Made by a program: the position numbers and the translations under genes
Assembly: GCA_964527765.1 (NCBI GenBank)
Contig: CAZGQR010000003.1
Location: forward strand, 75,366 to 139,365
Direction: 5' to 3'
Length of the DNA stretch: 64,000 nt
From: an uncultured Planctomycetia bacterium
GTDB lineage: Bacteria > Omnitrophota > Gorgyraeia > Tantalellales > Tantalellaceae
Shown here: positions 48,000 to 56,461 of the stretch, in pieces
How the letters are laid out: each line of letters begins with the position of its first letter
Numbering within the stretch: the stretch's first letter is position 1
The notes under the pieces: model-generated
Told to the model about the DNA's origin: nothing
The model's input: the letters and a program-made list of their open reading frames with translations, nothing else
Databases searched by the model: none

Positions 48000-49766
48000 A
48001 TGGCAAAGAAAAAAGACGAAAATCTTGAAAAATTAAGGCACAGTGCGGCTCATGTCATGGCCGACGCGGTCAAGAGGCTGTTCCCCGGGGTGAAACTGGG
48101 CATAGGCCCGGCTATCGAGAACGGGTTTTACTATGATTTTGACTTCTCGGGATGCGACATGGGCTCTTCCGGCAGGCCCCAAGGTCATTTTCTGACCCCG
48201 GAAGATCTCCCGAAAATTGAAAAGGAGATGGCCCGGATAGTAAAGCAGAAGCTTCCTTTCGAGAAGAAAGTGGTGACAAAGGCGGAAGCCGTAAAGGCCT
48301 TTGAAGCCGAAGGCGAAGTGTATAAGCTTGAGCTGCTGAACGAATTGAGAGACGAGGAGATAACCCTTTACCGGCACGGCGATTTTACGGATCTTTGCAG
48401 GGGGCCGCATGTTGCCGATACGGGAAAGGTCGGCGTGTTTAAGCTTCTGTCGTTAGCCGGCGCGTACTGGAGGGGCGACGAGGCCAATCCCATGCTGCAG
48501 CGCATATACGGCACCGCGTTCAGCGATGAGAAGGACCTGGAGGAATTCCTGACGTTCAGGGAAGAGGCCCAGAAGAGGGACCACAGAAAGCTGGGCAAAG
48601 AGCTGGATCTTTACAGTTTCGATGAATCGATGGGAGCCGGCCTCGTGCTGTACCATCCCAAAGGGGCGATGCTCAGGCAGATCATCGTCGATTACATAAC
48701 GGAAAAACATATCGAAAAAGGGTATCAGCTGATCTCGAGCCCGCATATCCTTAAAAGCGATATCTGGATACGCTCCGGGCACTATGATTATTATAAGGAA
48801 TATATGTATACGTTTAAAAGCGATAACCAGGAATATGCCGTCAAACCGATGAACTGCCCCGGGCATATACTCGTATATTCGTCCAAAGTGCGCAGCTACA
48901 GGGAATTTCCCATAAGATACTTTGAGCTCGGCAGCGTTTACAGACACGAGAAATCCGGAGTGCTTCATGGCCTTCTGCGCGTGAGAGGTTTTACGCAGGA
49001 CGATGCCCATATATTCTGCCTGCAGGAACAGGCGGCGGAAGAGGTCGTGAATGTCATGGATTTCGTGGAAGAGACGCTGAAAGTGTTCGGGTTTCGGGAA
49101 TTTGAAGTGGAACTGAGCACCCGCCCCGAAAAATTTATAGGGGCAGAAGAAGATTGGAATAAAGCCACGGATGCGCTGAAAGACGCTCTCCGGAAGAAAG
49201 GGCTCGAGTATAAGATAAATGAGGGGGAAGGAGCTTTTTACGGGCCGAAGATAGACATCAAGCTGAAAGATGCCCTGGGGAGAGCCTGGCAGTGCGCGAC
49301 GATACAGTGTGATTTCGCTTTGCCTGAGCGGTTTGATCTGAAATATACCGACCAGAACGGAGCCGAGAAACGCCCCATCGTGCTGCACCGCGTGATCCTG
49401 GGCAGTCTGGAACGCTTTATCGGGGCGCTGGTCGAGCATTACGGAGGAGCGTTCCCGCTGTGGCTGGCTCCCGTCCAGGTAAAGGTCGTTCCCATCACGG
49501 AAGCTCATCTTGGCTACGGGAAGGAGATAGAACAGCAGCTTATGAAGCTCGGATTTCGCGCGGAAACAGACTCTCGGAACGAGAAGATGCAGAAAAAGAT
49601 AAGAGATGCCGAACTGGCAAAGATCCCATATATGGCTGTTGTAGGCAACAGGGAGGCGGAACAGGGGACAGTTGCCGTCAGGAGCAGAAGGCACGGAGAT
49701 ATAGGCGCGCTGGGGCGCGAAGATTTCCTGAAACGCCTGCAGCAAGAGGTCGCAAGCAGGGAATAG
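48000..49766 (+). CDS. thrS: Threonine--tRNA ligase (no N-terminal TGS domain)
   Basis: Start at ATG 48000 (MAKKKDENLEKLRHSAAHVMA...); the longer ORF would run through tRNA-Val. Editing-domain HSAAH, class II motifs and anticodon-binding domain are present. 588 aa. Confidence 0.92.
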   Translation: MAKKKDENLEKLRHSAAHVMADAVKRLFPGVKLGIGPAIENGFYYDFDFSGCDMGSSGRPQGHFLTPEDLPKIEKEMARIVKQKLPFEKKVVTKAEAVKAFEAEGEVYKLELLNELRDEEITLYRHGDFTDLCRGPHVADTGKVGVFKLLSLAGAYWRGDEANPMLQRIYGTAFSDEKDLEEFLTFREEAQKRDHRKLGKELDLYSFDESMGAGLVLYHPKGAMLRQIIVDYITEKHIEKGYQLISSPHILKSDIWIRSGHYDYYKEYMYTFKSDNQEYAVKPMNCPGHILVYSSKVRSYREFPIRYFELGSVYRHEKSGVLHGLLRVRGFTQDDAHIFCLQEQAAEEVVNVMDFVEETLKVFGFREFEVELSTRPEKFIGAEEDWNKATDALKDALRKKGLEYKINEGEGAFYGPKIDIKLKDALGRAWQCATIQCDFALPERFDLKYTDQNGAEKRPIVLHRVILGSLERFIGALVEHYGGAFPLWLAPVQVKVVPITEAHLGYGKEIEQQLMKLGFRAETDSRNEKMQKKIRDAELAKIPYMAVVGNREAEQGTVAVRSRRHGDIGALGREDFLKRLQQEVASRE

Positions 49767-49807
49767 CCCTGCAGCAGCGCGAACCTGTTATTACAAAGGA
49801 GGTCGCC

Positions 49808-50356
49808 ATTTCCTACAGACCAGGATTTCAGAGAAGGGGCAGAAAGGTAACTGATAGCACCCGGGTCAATCAGCGGATACGGGTTCCGCGGGTAAGGTTG
49901 GTGGACGATGAAGGCAATCAGCTGGGGGTCGTGGACACCCGGGCGGCGCTTGAAAAGGCCGTGGAGAAAGGCCTGGACCTTGTGGAGGTAGCGCCCGGCT
50001 CGGATCCGCCTGTATGCCGGATAATGGATTACAGTAAATACAAGTATGAACAGAGGAAAAGGCAGAAACTGGCCAAAAAGAAGCAGCATATGACCCATGT
50101 AAAGGAAGTAAGGTTTAACCCGAAGATAGAAGAGCATGATTACCAGGTCAAACTGAAACATATAAAGGAATTTTTAAGCGACAAAGATAAGGTAAGGGTC
50201 TCGCTGCGTTTCAGGGGACGGGAAATGGCGCATCGGGAATTGGGAATGGAACTTCTGGATAAAATAGCCAAAGATGTGGCCGCTCTGGGGGAGATGGAAG
50301 CGGCGCCTAAGACCATGGGGAAGATCGTGGTGATGACTTTGGTCCCGAAGAGCTGA
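49808..50356 (+). CDS. infC: Translation initiation factor IF-3 with predicted ATT start codon
   Basis: AAGGAGG (49796-49802) lies 5 nt before in-frame ATT 49808, and there is no in-frame ATG/GTG after the thrS stop. INQRIRVPRVRLVDDEGNQLGVV is the IF-3 N-domain. 182 aa. Confidence 0.85.
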   Translation: MSYRPGFQRRGRKVTDSTRVNQRIRVPRVRLVDDEGNQLGVVDTRAALEKAVEKGLDLVEVAPGSDPPVCRIMDYSKYKYEQRKRQKLAKKKQHMTHVKEVRFNPKIEEHDYQVKLKHIKEFLSDKDKVRVSLRFRGREMAHRELGMELLDKIAKDVAALGEMEAAPKTMGKIVVMTLVPKS

Positions 50357-50396
50357 CAAAAAGTGATTGCAGATAGAAAGGGGATGAGGATACGCG

Positions 50397-50594
50397 ATGC
50401 CAAAGCTGAAGACGAAAAAAGGAGTAAAAAAACGGTTTAGACTGACCAAGACCGGCAAGATAAAGAGAAGCAAGGCCGGCAAGAGACATATTCTCACGAA
50501 AAAAAGCAGAAAACGCAAACGTAAACTGGCGCAGTCGACAACGGTCAGTAAGACTTTCGAGAGAAAAGTAAAAAGACTGCTGCCCTATGGGTGA
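50397..50594 (+). CDS. rpmI: 50S ribosomal protein L35
   Basis: [14 protein letters not shown]... 65 aa. Confidence 0.93.
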   Translation: MPKLKTKKGVKKRFRLTKTGKIKRSKAGKRHILTKKSRKRKRKLAQSTTVSKTFERKVKRLLPYG

Positions 50595-50603
50595 GGAGAG
50601 GAC

Positions 50604-50951
50604 ATGACCAGAGTAAAGCATGCAGCGAGTTCGCTGAAACGAAGAAAAAGGACCCTTAAGGCCGTTAAAGGACAGCGCGGAGCAAGGTCCAAGTTGTACA
50701 GGACCGCAAAGGACGCCGCCAGAAGAAGCATGGTCTTCAACTATGCCGACAGGAAGCGCAAGAAAAGCGATTATCGCTCTCTGTGGATCGCCCGCATCAC
50801 GGCGGCATGCAGGGAGGAGGATATTTCCTACAGCAAGTTCATCGCTGGTCTGAAGAAAGCGAAAATAGAGCTTAACCGGAAGGTCCTGGCTTATATCGCG
50901 GCAAATGACAGCCGCGGGTTTAAGACACTTGTGAAAAAAGTTAAAACGTGA
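50604..50951 (+). CDS. rplT: 50S ribosomal protein L20
   Basis: MTRVKHAASSLKRRKRTLKAVKGQRG... 115 aa. infC-rpmI-rplT order. Confidence 0.94.
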   Translation: MTRVKHAASSLKRRKRTLKAVKGQRGARSKLYRTAKDAARRSMVFNYADRKRKKSDYRSLWIARITAACREEDISYSKFIAGLKKAKIELNRKVLAYIAANDSRGFKTLVKKVKT

Positions 50952-52306
50952 TCAAATCCATGGGCAGGCTGACTCCTCCACAGCTGGTGATAGTGAGTTT
51001 TCTATGCGCCATAATTCTCGGCACTATCATCCTGTCCCTGCCTTCCGCCACGCGGGATGAGGGCAGGATGTCCGTTGTGGACAGTCTTTTTACCGCGACC
51101 AGCGCCACCTGTGTCACGGGATTGACGGTCAAGGACACCGGGAGCTATTTTTCCACGTTCGGGAGATGGGTCATCTTTGTTTTATTCCAGGCCGGGGGGC
51201 TCGGGATAATGACCTTTTCCACGCTCTTTGCCGTTATGCTGGGCAGGAAGATCGGTTTTCATGAAACGGACGTCATAAGGAACACCCTGGACAAGCATAA
51301 CATCCTGGGGCTTAATAAACTGATCGGGTATATCCTCGGCATCACGGTCGCGGTCGAGGCGGTCGGCGCCTCCTTTTTGTTCTTACGGTGGAGGGCCATA
51401 ACGGACTGGGGCATCATTGAGACGCTTGAGAAGTCCGTCTTTCACGCGGTTTCAGCTTTTTGTAACGCGGGATTCTCGCTGTTCCGCAGCAGTTTCGTGC
51501 GGTTTGAATCCGATCCGTGCATAAATCTGACAATGATATTTCTCATATTTTTCGGGGGCATAGGGTTCATAGTCATCATGGATATCCTCGGGCTGTTTTA
51601 CCGGCGGGGAACGGCCAGGAGATTGAGCCTTCAGGCGAAGATCGCGCTTGCCGTATCGCTCATCCTGATAATAACCGGCGCCGTTTTGATACTTGTTTTC
51701 GAAAAAGATAATGTCATGCGGGCGATGTCCTGGCCCCAGCGCCTGTGGGGGTCGGTCTTTCAGGCGGTGACAGCCAGGACGGCGGGGTTCAATACGCTGC
51801 CGACAGGCAGCCTGGCCGTGCCTTCGCTGCTGTTTATCACATTCTTGATGTTTATAGGCGCATCCCCGGGGTCCACGGGGGGCGGCATTAAGACATGCAC
51901 GTTCGCGGTGATCATCGTGACCGTTATCGGCATGATGAAGAACAGGCGGCGGGCCATGCTTTTCGGCCGTTCGATCCCCCGCGCTGTCATCAGGGAATCC
52001 CTGGTTATTTTTTTCCTGGGCCTGACGTGGATATTTGCCTTTACGGTACTTCTTGCATATCTGGAAGGGCGCTATTCTCCGGGGAACACGTCGCTTGTGG
52101 GATATTTATTTGAAGTGGTATCTGCCTTTGGGACAGTAGGGCTATCGACCGGGATAACGGAAGGTTTAAGCAATGCCGGCAAGCTATGCATAGCTGCGAC
52201 GATGTTCGCCGGCAGGGTGGGGCCGCTGACGCTTGCCCTGGCCGTGGCGTACAGGGAGAGAAAAGACACTTACGTTTTTCCCGAAGAGACCGTCATGGTC
52301 GGGTGA
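50948..52306 (+). CDS. trkH: TrkH/KtrB-family potassium uptake membrane subunit
   Basis: 452 aa. Repeated M-P-M selectivity segments (TATCVTGL, QAGGLG, RTAGFN, GGGIKT, FGTVGLS). GTG overlaps the rplT stop; alternative ATG at 50960. Confidence 0.88.
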   Translation: MIKSMGRLTPPQLVIVSFLCAIILGTIILSLPSATRDEGRMSVVDSLFTATSATCVTGLTVKDTGSYFSTFGRWVIFVLFQAGGLGIMTFSTLFAVMLGRKIGFHETDVIRNTLDKHNILGLNKLIGYILGITVAVEAVGASFLFLRWRAITDWGIIETLEKSVFHAVSAFCNAGFSLFRSSFVRFESDPCINLTMIFLIFFGGIGFIVIMDILGLFYRRGTARRLSLQAKIALAVSLILIITGAVLILVFEKDNVMRAMSWPQRLWGSVFQAVTARTAGFNTLPTGSLAVPSLLFITFLMFIGASPGSTGGGIKTCTFAVIIVTVIGMMKNRRRAMLFGRSIPRAVIRESLVIFFLGLTWIFAFTVLLAYLEGRYSPGNTSLVGYLFEVVSAFGTVGLSTGITEGLSNAGKLCIAATMFAGRVGPLTLALAVAYRERKDTYVFPEETVMVG

Positions 52307-52376
52307 TCACCCATACGACAGCTCAGGGCCGATCCTGAGCAAGTAAGCGGGCGCGCAGAAGGACGGGAGGATACAG

Positions 52377-53108
52377 ATGAAACAGTTTGCGGTTATAGGC
52401 TTAGGACGGTTCGGATCGAGTGTGGCGGCCTCTCTTGCGGCGAGAGGGCAGCAGGTCATCGCCATAGACAAGAACGAAGAATTTGTGCACGATATCATGG
52501 ATAGCGTCACCAAGGCGGTATGTCTGGATGCTACCGATGAAAAGGCCGTGAAGTCGGTAGGTCTCCAGAATGTCGATGTAGCCATATGCGGCATCGGTAC
52601 GGACGTGGAAGCCAGCATCCTGATCGCTCTTCTTTTGAAGGATCTCGGCGTCCCGGAAATAGTATGCAAGGCGGTCAGTACGGCCCATAAGAAGGTGCTC
52701 GAGAAGATCGGGGCGACGAAAGTGATCCTTCCGGAAAAAGACATGGGAGAGAGGATCGCCGAGACCCTTGTTTCGGTATCGGATACGGTGCTGGATCATA
52801 TCGGCCTGTCGGGGGACTCGAGTATCATCGAGATCATCGCGCCTGAGGACTTTGTCGGGAAAAACCTGAGAGACCTGGACATAAGGACGCGATACCAAGT
52901 GAACGTGATCGCCGTAAAGAAAAAGACCAAAGTCGTGAAGAACGGAGAAACGATCGAGGAAGAAGAGGTCAATGTCACGCCGCAGGCGAACGATGTCGTG
53001 GCCAAGGATGATATACTCGTGGTTTTCGGCGCAAATGACAAGATAAAAGCCCTCAGGGATAAGGGCTGGTCCGTTGAAGGACAGTCCGGGAACAGGACAA
53101 AGGGATGA
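52377..53108 (+). CDS. trkA: TrkA/KtrA RCK-domain regulatory subunit
   Basis: Rossmann VIGLGRFG (TrkA-N) plus a C-terminal TrkA-C domain. 243 aa. Confidence 0.88.
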   Translation: MKQFAVIGLGRFGSSVAASLAARGQQVIAIDKNEEFVHDIMDSVTKAVCLDATDEKAVKSVGLQNVDVAICGIGTDVEASILIALLLKDLGVPEIVCKAVSTAHKKVLEKIGATKVILPEKDMGERIAETLVSVSDTVLDHIGLSGDSSIIEIIAPEDFVGKNLRDLDIRTRYQVNVIAVKKKTKVVKNGETIEEEEVNVTPQANDVVAKDDILVVFGANDKIKALRDKGWSVEGQSGNRTKG

Positions 53109-54124
53109 GCGTTACAAGCAAACTTGATGAAATAAAAAGAGATTTCGAAAAAGCGCTCGACAAGTGCAAGAACGCCCGGGAAGCGGAAGATGTGAGAGTA
53201 AAATACCTGGGACGAAAAGGCGAATTGACCGCGGTCCTGCGCTCTCTTTCGGGCCTGTCCGCCGACGAAAAGCGCAAAGCCGGGGAAAAGGCGAACGCGC
53301 TCAAGAATGAGTTCACCGCGGGGCTGCAGGCGCTAAAAGGGAAGCTGGAGGCAAAGAGCGCGGAAAAGAAAGACCAACTGGACGTTACCATGCCGGGAAT
53401 ACCGGCCAGGCTTGGGACGGTCCACCCCGTGACACGGACCATGAGGCGCATAAACGAGATATTTGTCTCGCTCGGGTTCAGCATCGCGGAAGGCCCGGAG
53501 ATAGAATCGGAATTCTATAATTTCGAAGCGCTCAATATCCCGCTGGAACATCCTTCCCGCGACGCGTTCGATACGTTCTATATCGACCGAAAAAACCTGC
53601 TCAGAAGCCATACGTCGAACGTGCAGATCCATGTGATGCAAAAACAGCTTCCCCCCATCCAGGTCATAATGCCCGGGAGAGTGTACAGGCCGGATGCGGT
53701 GGACGCGTCGCACTCTTTTATGTTCCATCAGGTCGAAGGGCTCATGGTGGATGAGGATATCAAGTTTTCCGACCTCAAGGGAGCGCTTTCCGTTTTTGCC
53801 AAAAGCATGTTCGGCGAGGACATCAAGATGAGATTCCGACCGCACTTTTTTCCTTTTACCGAGCCCAGCGCCGAAGTGGATATTTCCTGTATAATATGCG
53901 GCGGCCGGGGGTGCAGGGTATGTTCCGGCAACGGCTGGCTGGAAATACTGGGAGCCGGCATGGTGAATCCCAAGGTCTTCGAAGCCGTCGGGTATGACCC
54001 CGGGAAATATACCGGATATGCTTTCGGCATGGGCGTTGAAAGGATAGCTATGCTGCTCTACGGCATAGAGGATATACGCATTTTTTACGAGAATGATATA
54101 AGGTTCCTGAAACAGTTCGTGTAA
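53105..54124 (+). CDS. pheS: Phenylalanine--tRNA ligase alpha subunit
   Basis: HPVTRT, class II motifs FRPHFFPFTEPS and GMGVERIAML. 339 aa. Confidence 0.95.
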   Translation: MSVTSKLDEIKRDFEKALDKCKNAREAEDVRVKYLGRKGELTAVLRSLSGLSADEKRKAGEKANALKNEFTAGLQALKGKLEAKSAEKKDQLDVTMPGIPARLGTVHPVTRTMRRINEIFVSLGFSIAEGPEIESEFYNFEALNIPLEHPSRDAFDTFYIDRKNLLRSHTSNVQIHVMQKQLPPIQVIMPGRVYRPDAVDASHSFMFHQVEGLMVDEDIKFSDLKGALSVFAKSMFGEDIKMRFRPHFFPFTEPSAEVDISCIICGGRGCRVCSGNGWLEILGAGMVNPKVFEAVGYDPGKYTGYAFGMGVERIAMLLYGIEDIRIFYENDIRFLKQFV

Positions 54125-54129
54125 AAGCC

Positions 54130-56175
54130 ATGAAATTAAGCTATAGCTGGTTAAAAGAATACGTGGATATCAATGTTGCTCCCGGGAAACTCGCCGGGGG
54201 GCTGACCATGTCCGGTTCGGAAGTGGAAGCCGTGCATGACGCCGACGGCGACAAGGTCATGGACCTGGAGATAACCGCCAACAGGCCGGATTGTCTGAAT
54301 ATCATAGGCCTTGCCAGAGAGGTCTCCGCGGTGTTCGATAAAGATCTCTCCCTCCCCGCGATGGGGATCCCGGAAAAAGCGCCTCGCGGGAAAGGGCCCG
54401 GGATAGAATGCGCGATAAAGAGCAGGAAGCTATGCCCGCGCTACACGGCCAGGGTCATATCGGATGTTAATGTGAAAGAAACAAGCGGAGGAATAAGGAA
54501 AAAGCTGCTCGCCGAGGGCCTGCGCGCGGTCAACAATGTCGTGGATGTGACGAATTTTTGTCTGATGGAAACGGGACAGCCGTTGCACGCTTTCGATCTG
54601 GATAAGCTGCGCGGAGGAAAAGTGATCATCCGCGAAGCTGCCAAAGGAGAAAAGATAACCACCATTGACGGGGAACAGAGGGAACTTGGACCCGGCATGC
54701 TGGTCATTGCGGATTCGGACCGGCCGGTGGCCATTGCCGGTATCATGGGAGGCAAGGATACGGAAGTCACCGAGAGCACCAGGAACGTGCTCCTGGAAAG
54801 CGCTTATTTTGATCCCATCTCCGTAAGGCGGACGTCCCGGGTCCTGGGGATCTCAAGCGATTCCAGTTACCGCTTCGAACGCGGCGTGGACAAGGGCATG
54901 ATACAGGCGGCGTCCGACCGTGCCGCCGGCCTGATCTCCGCGGAGACCGGCGGAAAGATATGCGAGTTCCATGATGCCGGCACGCTTGTTCCCGATAATG
55001 TGACAATAGAGTTCAACGTGGGGGAAGCAGAGAAAATATTGGGCATCCCCCTGGAAAAGAAAAAGGTGGAACGTATATTCCGGAGACTGGGAATGGCGGT
55101 CTCCTCCGGCAAGGCCGGTAAATTGAAAGTAGGCATCCCGACCTTTCGGGAAGACTTGAGGGAAAGGATAGATCTGGTCGAAGAGGTTGCCAGGATATAC
55201 GGGTATGACAACATCCCCGCGACGATAACAAAATTTATCCCGCAGGTCAAAAGAAAAGAACGCTCCCGCAAGATTCTGGAAGAGCTGTATGAGATACTTC
55301 CCGCGCTGGGCTTGAGCGAGATCATGACATACAGCTTGGTAAGCGAGGAGGCGGCCGGAAAGTTCCCGGTCGTCACCGAGGATACGGTCAAACTCATCAA
55401 TCCTTTATCGGAAGATCACAAGGTGCTGACCCCGCAGCTATTGGACGGGATGTTGCGGGCCATTTCGTGGAACCTGAACAGGAAAAACGCGGATCTCGCT
55501 TTTTTTGAGATAGGGAAGATCTATTGTCGTCCGGGAGGAAAGGACAAATTTCAGGAGACCCCGGCGGTGTGTGTCGGGCTGACCGGGCTTCTGCGGAAAA
55601 ACTGGCGGGAAGGCGAACGCCCCGTGGATCTTTATGACCTCAAAGGGATCCTGGAAACGGTGTTTTCCAGGCTGAGGATCCCGGCGGCATTTCATGGGAC
55701 CAGGATCAGGGGACTGGAGAATTGCGGCGAGGCAAGGCTTCCGGACGGTGACGTGAATATCGGGTTCTTCGGCGAGGTGGGCGCAAAACTTCTGGATGAG
55801 TACGATATTTCGCAGCGCGTTTATGTCTGCCAGATCAAACTAGACGAGATCATAGAAAAAGCGGTCCTGGAAGACCATTATCATGCCGTTCCGCGCTTTC
55901 CTTCATCTTCGAGGGATATTTCCGTTCTTTGCGACCGGCCCCTTACCGCCGGAGAGATCAGCGCCGTCATAGCGGAGACCGGAGAGGAAATAATCCGCGG
56001 GATCGAGCTCACGGATGTTTATGAGGGCAAACAGATCCCGGCGGATAAGAAGAGCCTTTCTTACAGCATCAGATACGGACTGGACACGCGCACCCTGACG
56101 GACGAGGAAGTTGAAGCCGTGCATTCAAAGATCAAAGAGGCTCTTGAAAAGAAATTCGGCGTTACCTTCCGGTAA
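54130..56175 (+). CDS. pheT: Phenylalanine--tRNA ligase beta subunit (short form lacking the OB-fold tRNA-binding B2 domain)
   Basis: MKLSYSWLKEYV..., B3/4, B5 and FDX-ACB regions. 681 aa. The sequence passes from ...SGSEVEAVH directly to DLEITANRPDCL. Confidence 0.92.
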   Translation: MKLSYSWLKEYVDINVAPGKLAGGLTMSGSEVEAVHDADGDKVMDLEITANRPDCLNIIGLAREVSAVFDKDLSLPAMGIPEKAPRGKGPGIECAIKSRKLCPRYTARVISDVNVKETSGGIRKKLLAEGLRAVNNVVDVTNFCLMETGQPLHAFDLDKLRGGKVIIREAAKGEKITTIDGEQRELGPGMLVIADSDRPVAIAGIMGGKDTEVTESTRNVLLESAYFDPISVRRTSRVLGISSDSSYRFERGVDKGMIQAASDRAAGLISAETGGKICEFHDAGTLVPDNVTIEFNVGEAEKILGIPLEKKKVERIFRRLGMAVSSGKAGKLKVGIPTFREDLRERIDLVEEVARIYGYDNIPATITKFIPQVKRKERSRKILEELYEILPALGLSEIMTYSLVSEEAAGKFPVVTEDTVKLINPLSEDHKVLTPQLLDGMLRAISWNLNRKNADLAFFEIGKIYCRPGGKDKFQETPAVCVGLTGLLRKNWREGERPVDLYDLKGILETVFSRLRIPAAFHGTRIRGLENCGEARLPDGDVNIGFFGEVGAKLLDEYDISQRVYVCQIKLDEIIEKAVLEDHYHAVPRFPSSSRDISVLCDRPLTAGEISAVIAETGEEIIRGIELTDVYEGKQIPADKKSLSYSIRYGLDTRTLTDEEVEAVHSKIKEALEKKFGVTFR

Positions 56176-56243
56176 AATTGTTCTTGATCCGGTTTTTATT
56201 GCAATGAATTCCATTGCGCCCGCCCCGCGGGTGGTGATATAAT

Positions 56244-56437
56244 AAATCCGTTACGATCTGTTTGACTCGTGAAGCGGGTTTATCGAATTGGGCCAACACT
56301 ATAGAACTGGGAGCCTAGCTCTGGCATTCTCTCGGGATTGTCAGGAGGGCACCCACCTGGACTACCAGGACACCAATTCTTTTCCTGCGCACGGTCTGAC
56401 GGATTTGGGGCCGGATTCATATCCGGCCCTAATTTTT
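56244..56437 (+). ncRNA. Candidate structured RNA / leader between pheT and rarA, ending in an intrinsic terminator
   Basis: Extended -10 TGATATAAT (56235-56243). Complementary 8-mers AAATCCGT (56244-56251) / ACGGATTT (56399-56406), 7-mers GAATTGG (56285-56291) / CCAATTC (56373-56379), hairpin CCTGG-ACTA-CCAGG (56356-56369). Terminator GGGCCGGAT-TCAT-ATCCGGCCC plus TAATTTTT (56408-56437). Confidence 0.3.
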
Positions 56438-56461
56438 CTCAAGCGGTTCAGAGAGGATAAT

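Noticed and set aside
48453-49745. 430-aa ORF antisense to thrS. Similar long antisense ORFs occur at 1682-2749, 9024-10010, 15440-16513, 19675-20847, 56927-57889 and 60149-61102.
   Set aside because: Each lies fully inside, and opposite to, a gene with clear family motifs. Some would run through tRNA genes (15440-16513). Their translations look non-protein-like. The pattern is consistent with codon-bias shadow ORFs, not with overlapping genes.
49460-49807. Upstream extension of the infC ORF into thrS
   Set aside because: It lies inside thrS in another frame. IF-3 homology starts after 49808, where an RBS and an ATT codon are found.
56288-56461. 58-codon in-frame extension upstream of rarA (TTG start in the ORF track)
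   Set aside because: It would translate through an intrinsic terminator hairpin. RarA aligns full-length from ATG 56462, which has its own RBS. The region is treated as non-coding.
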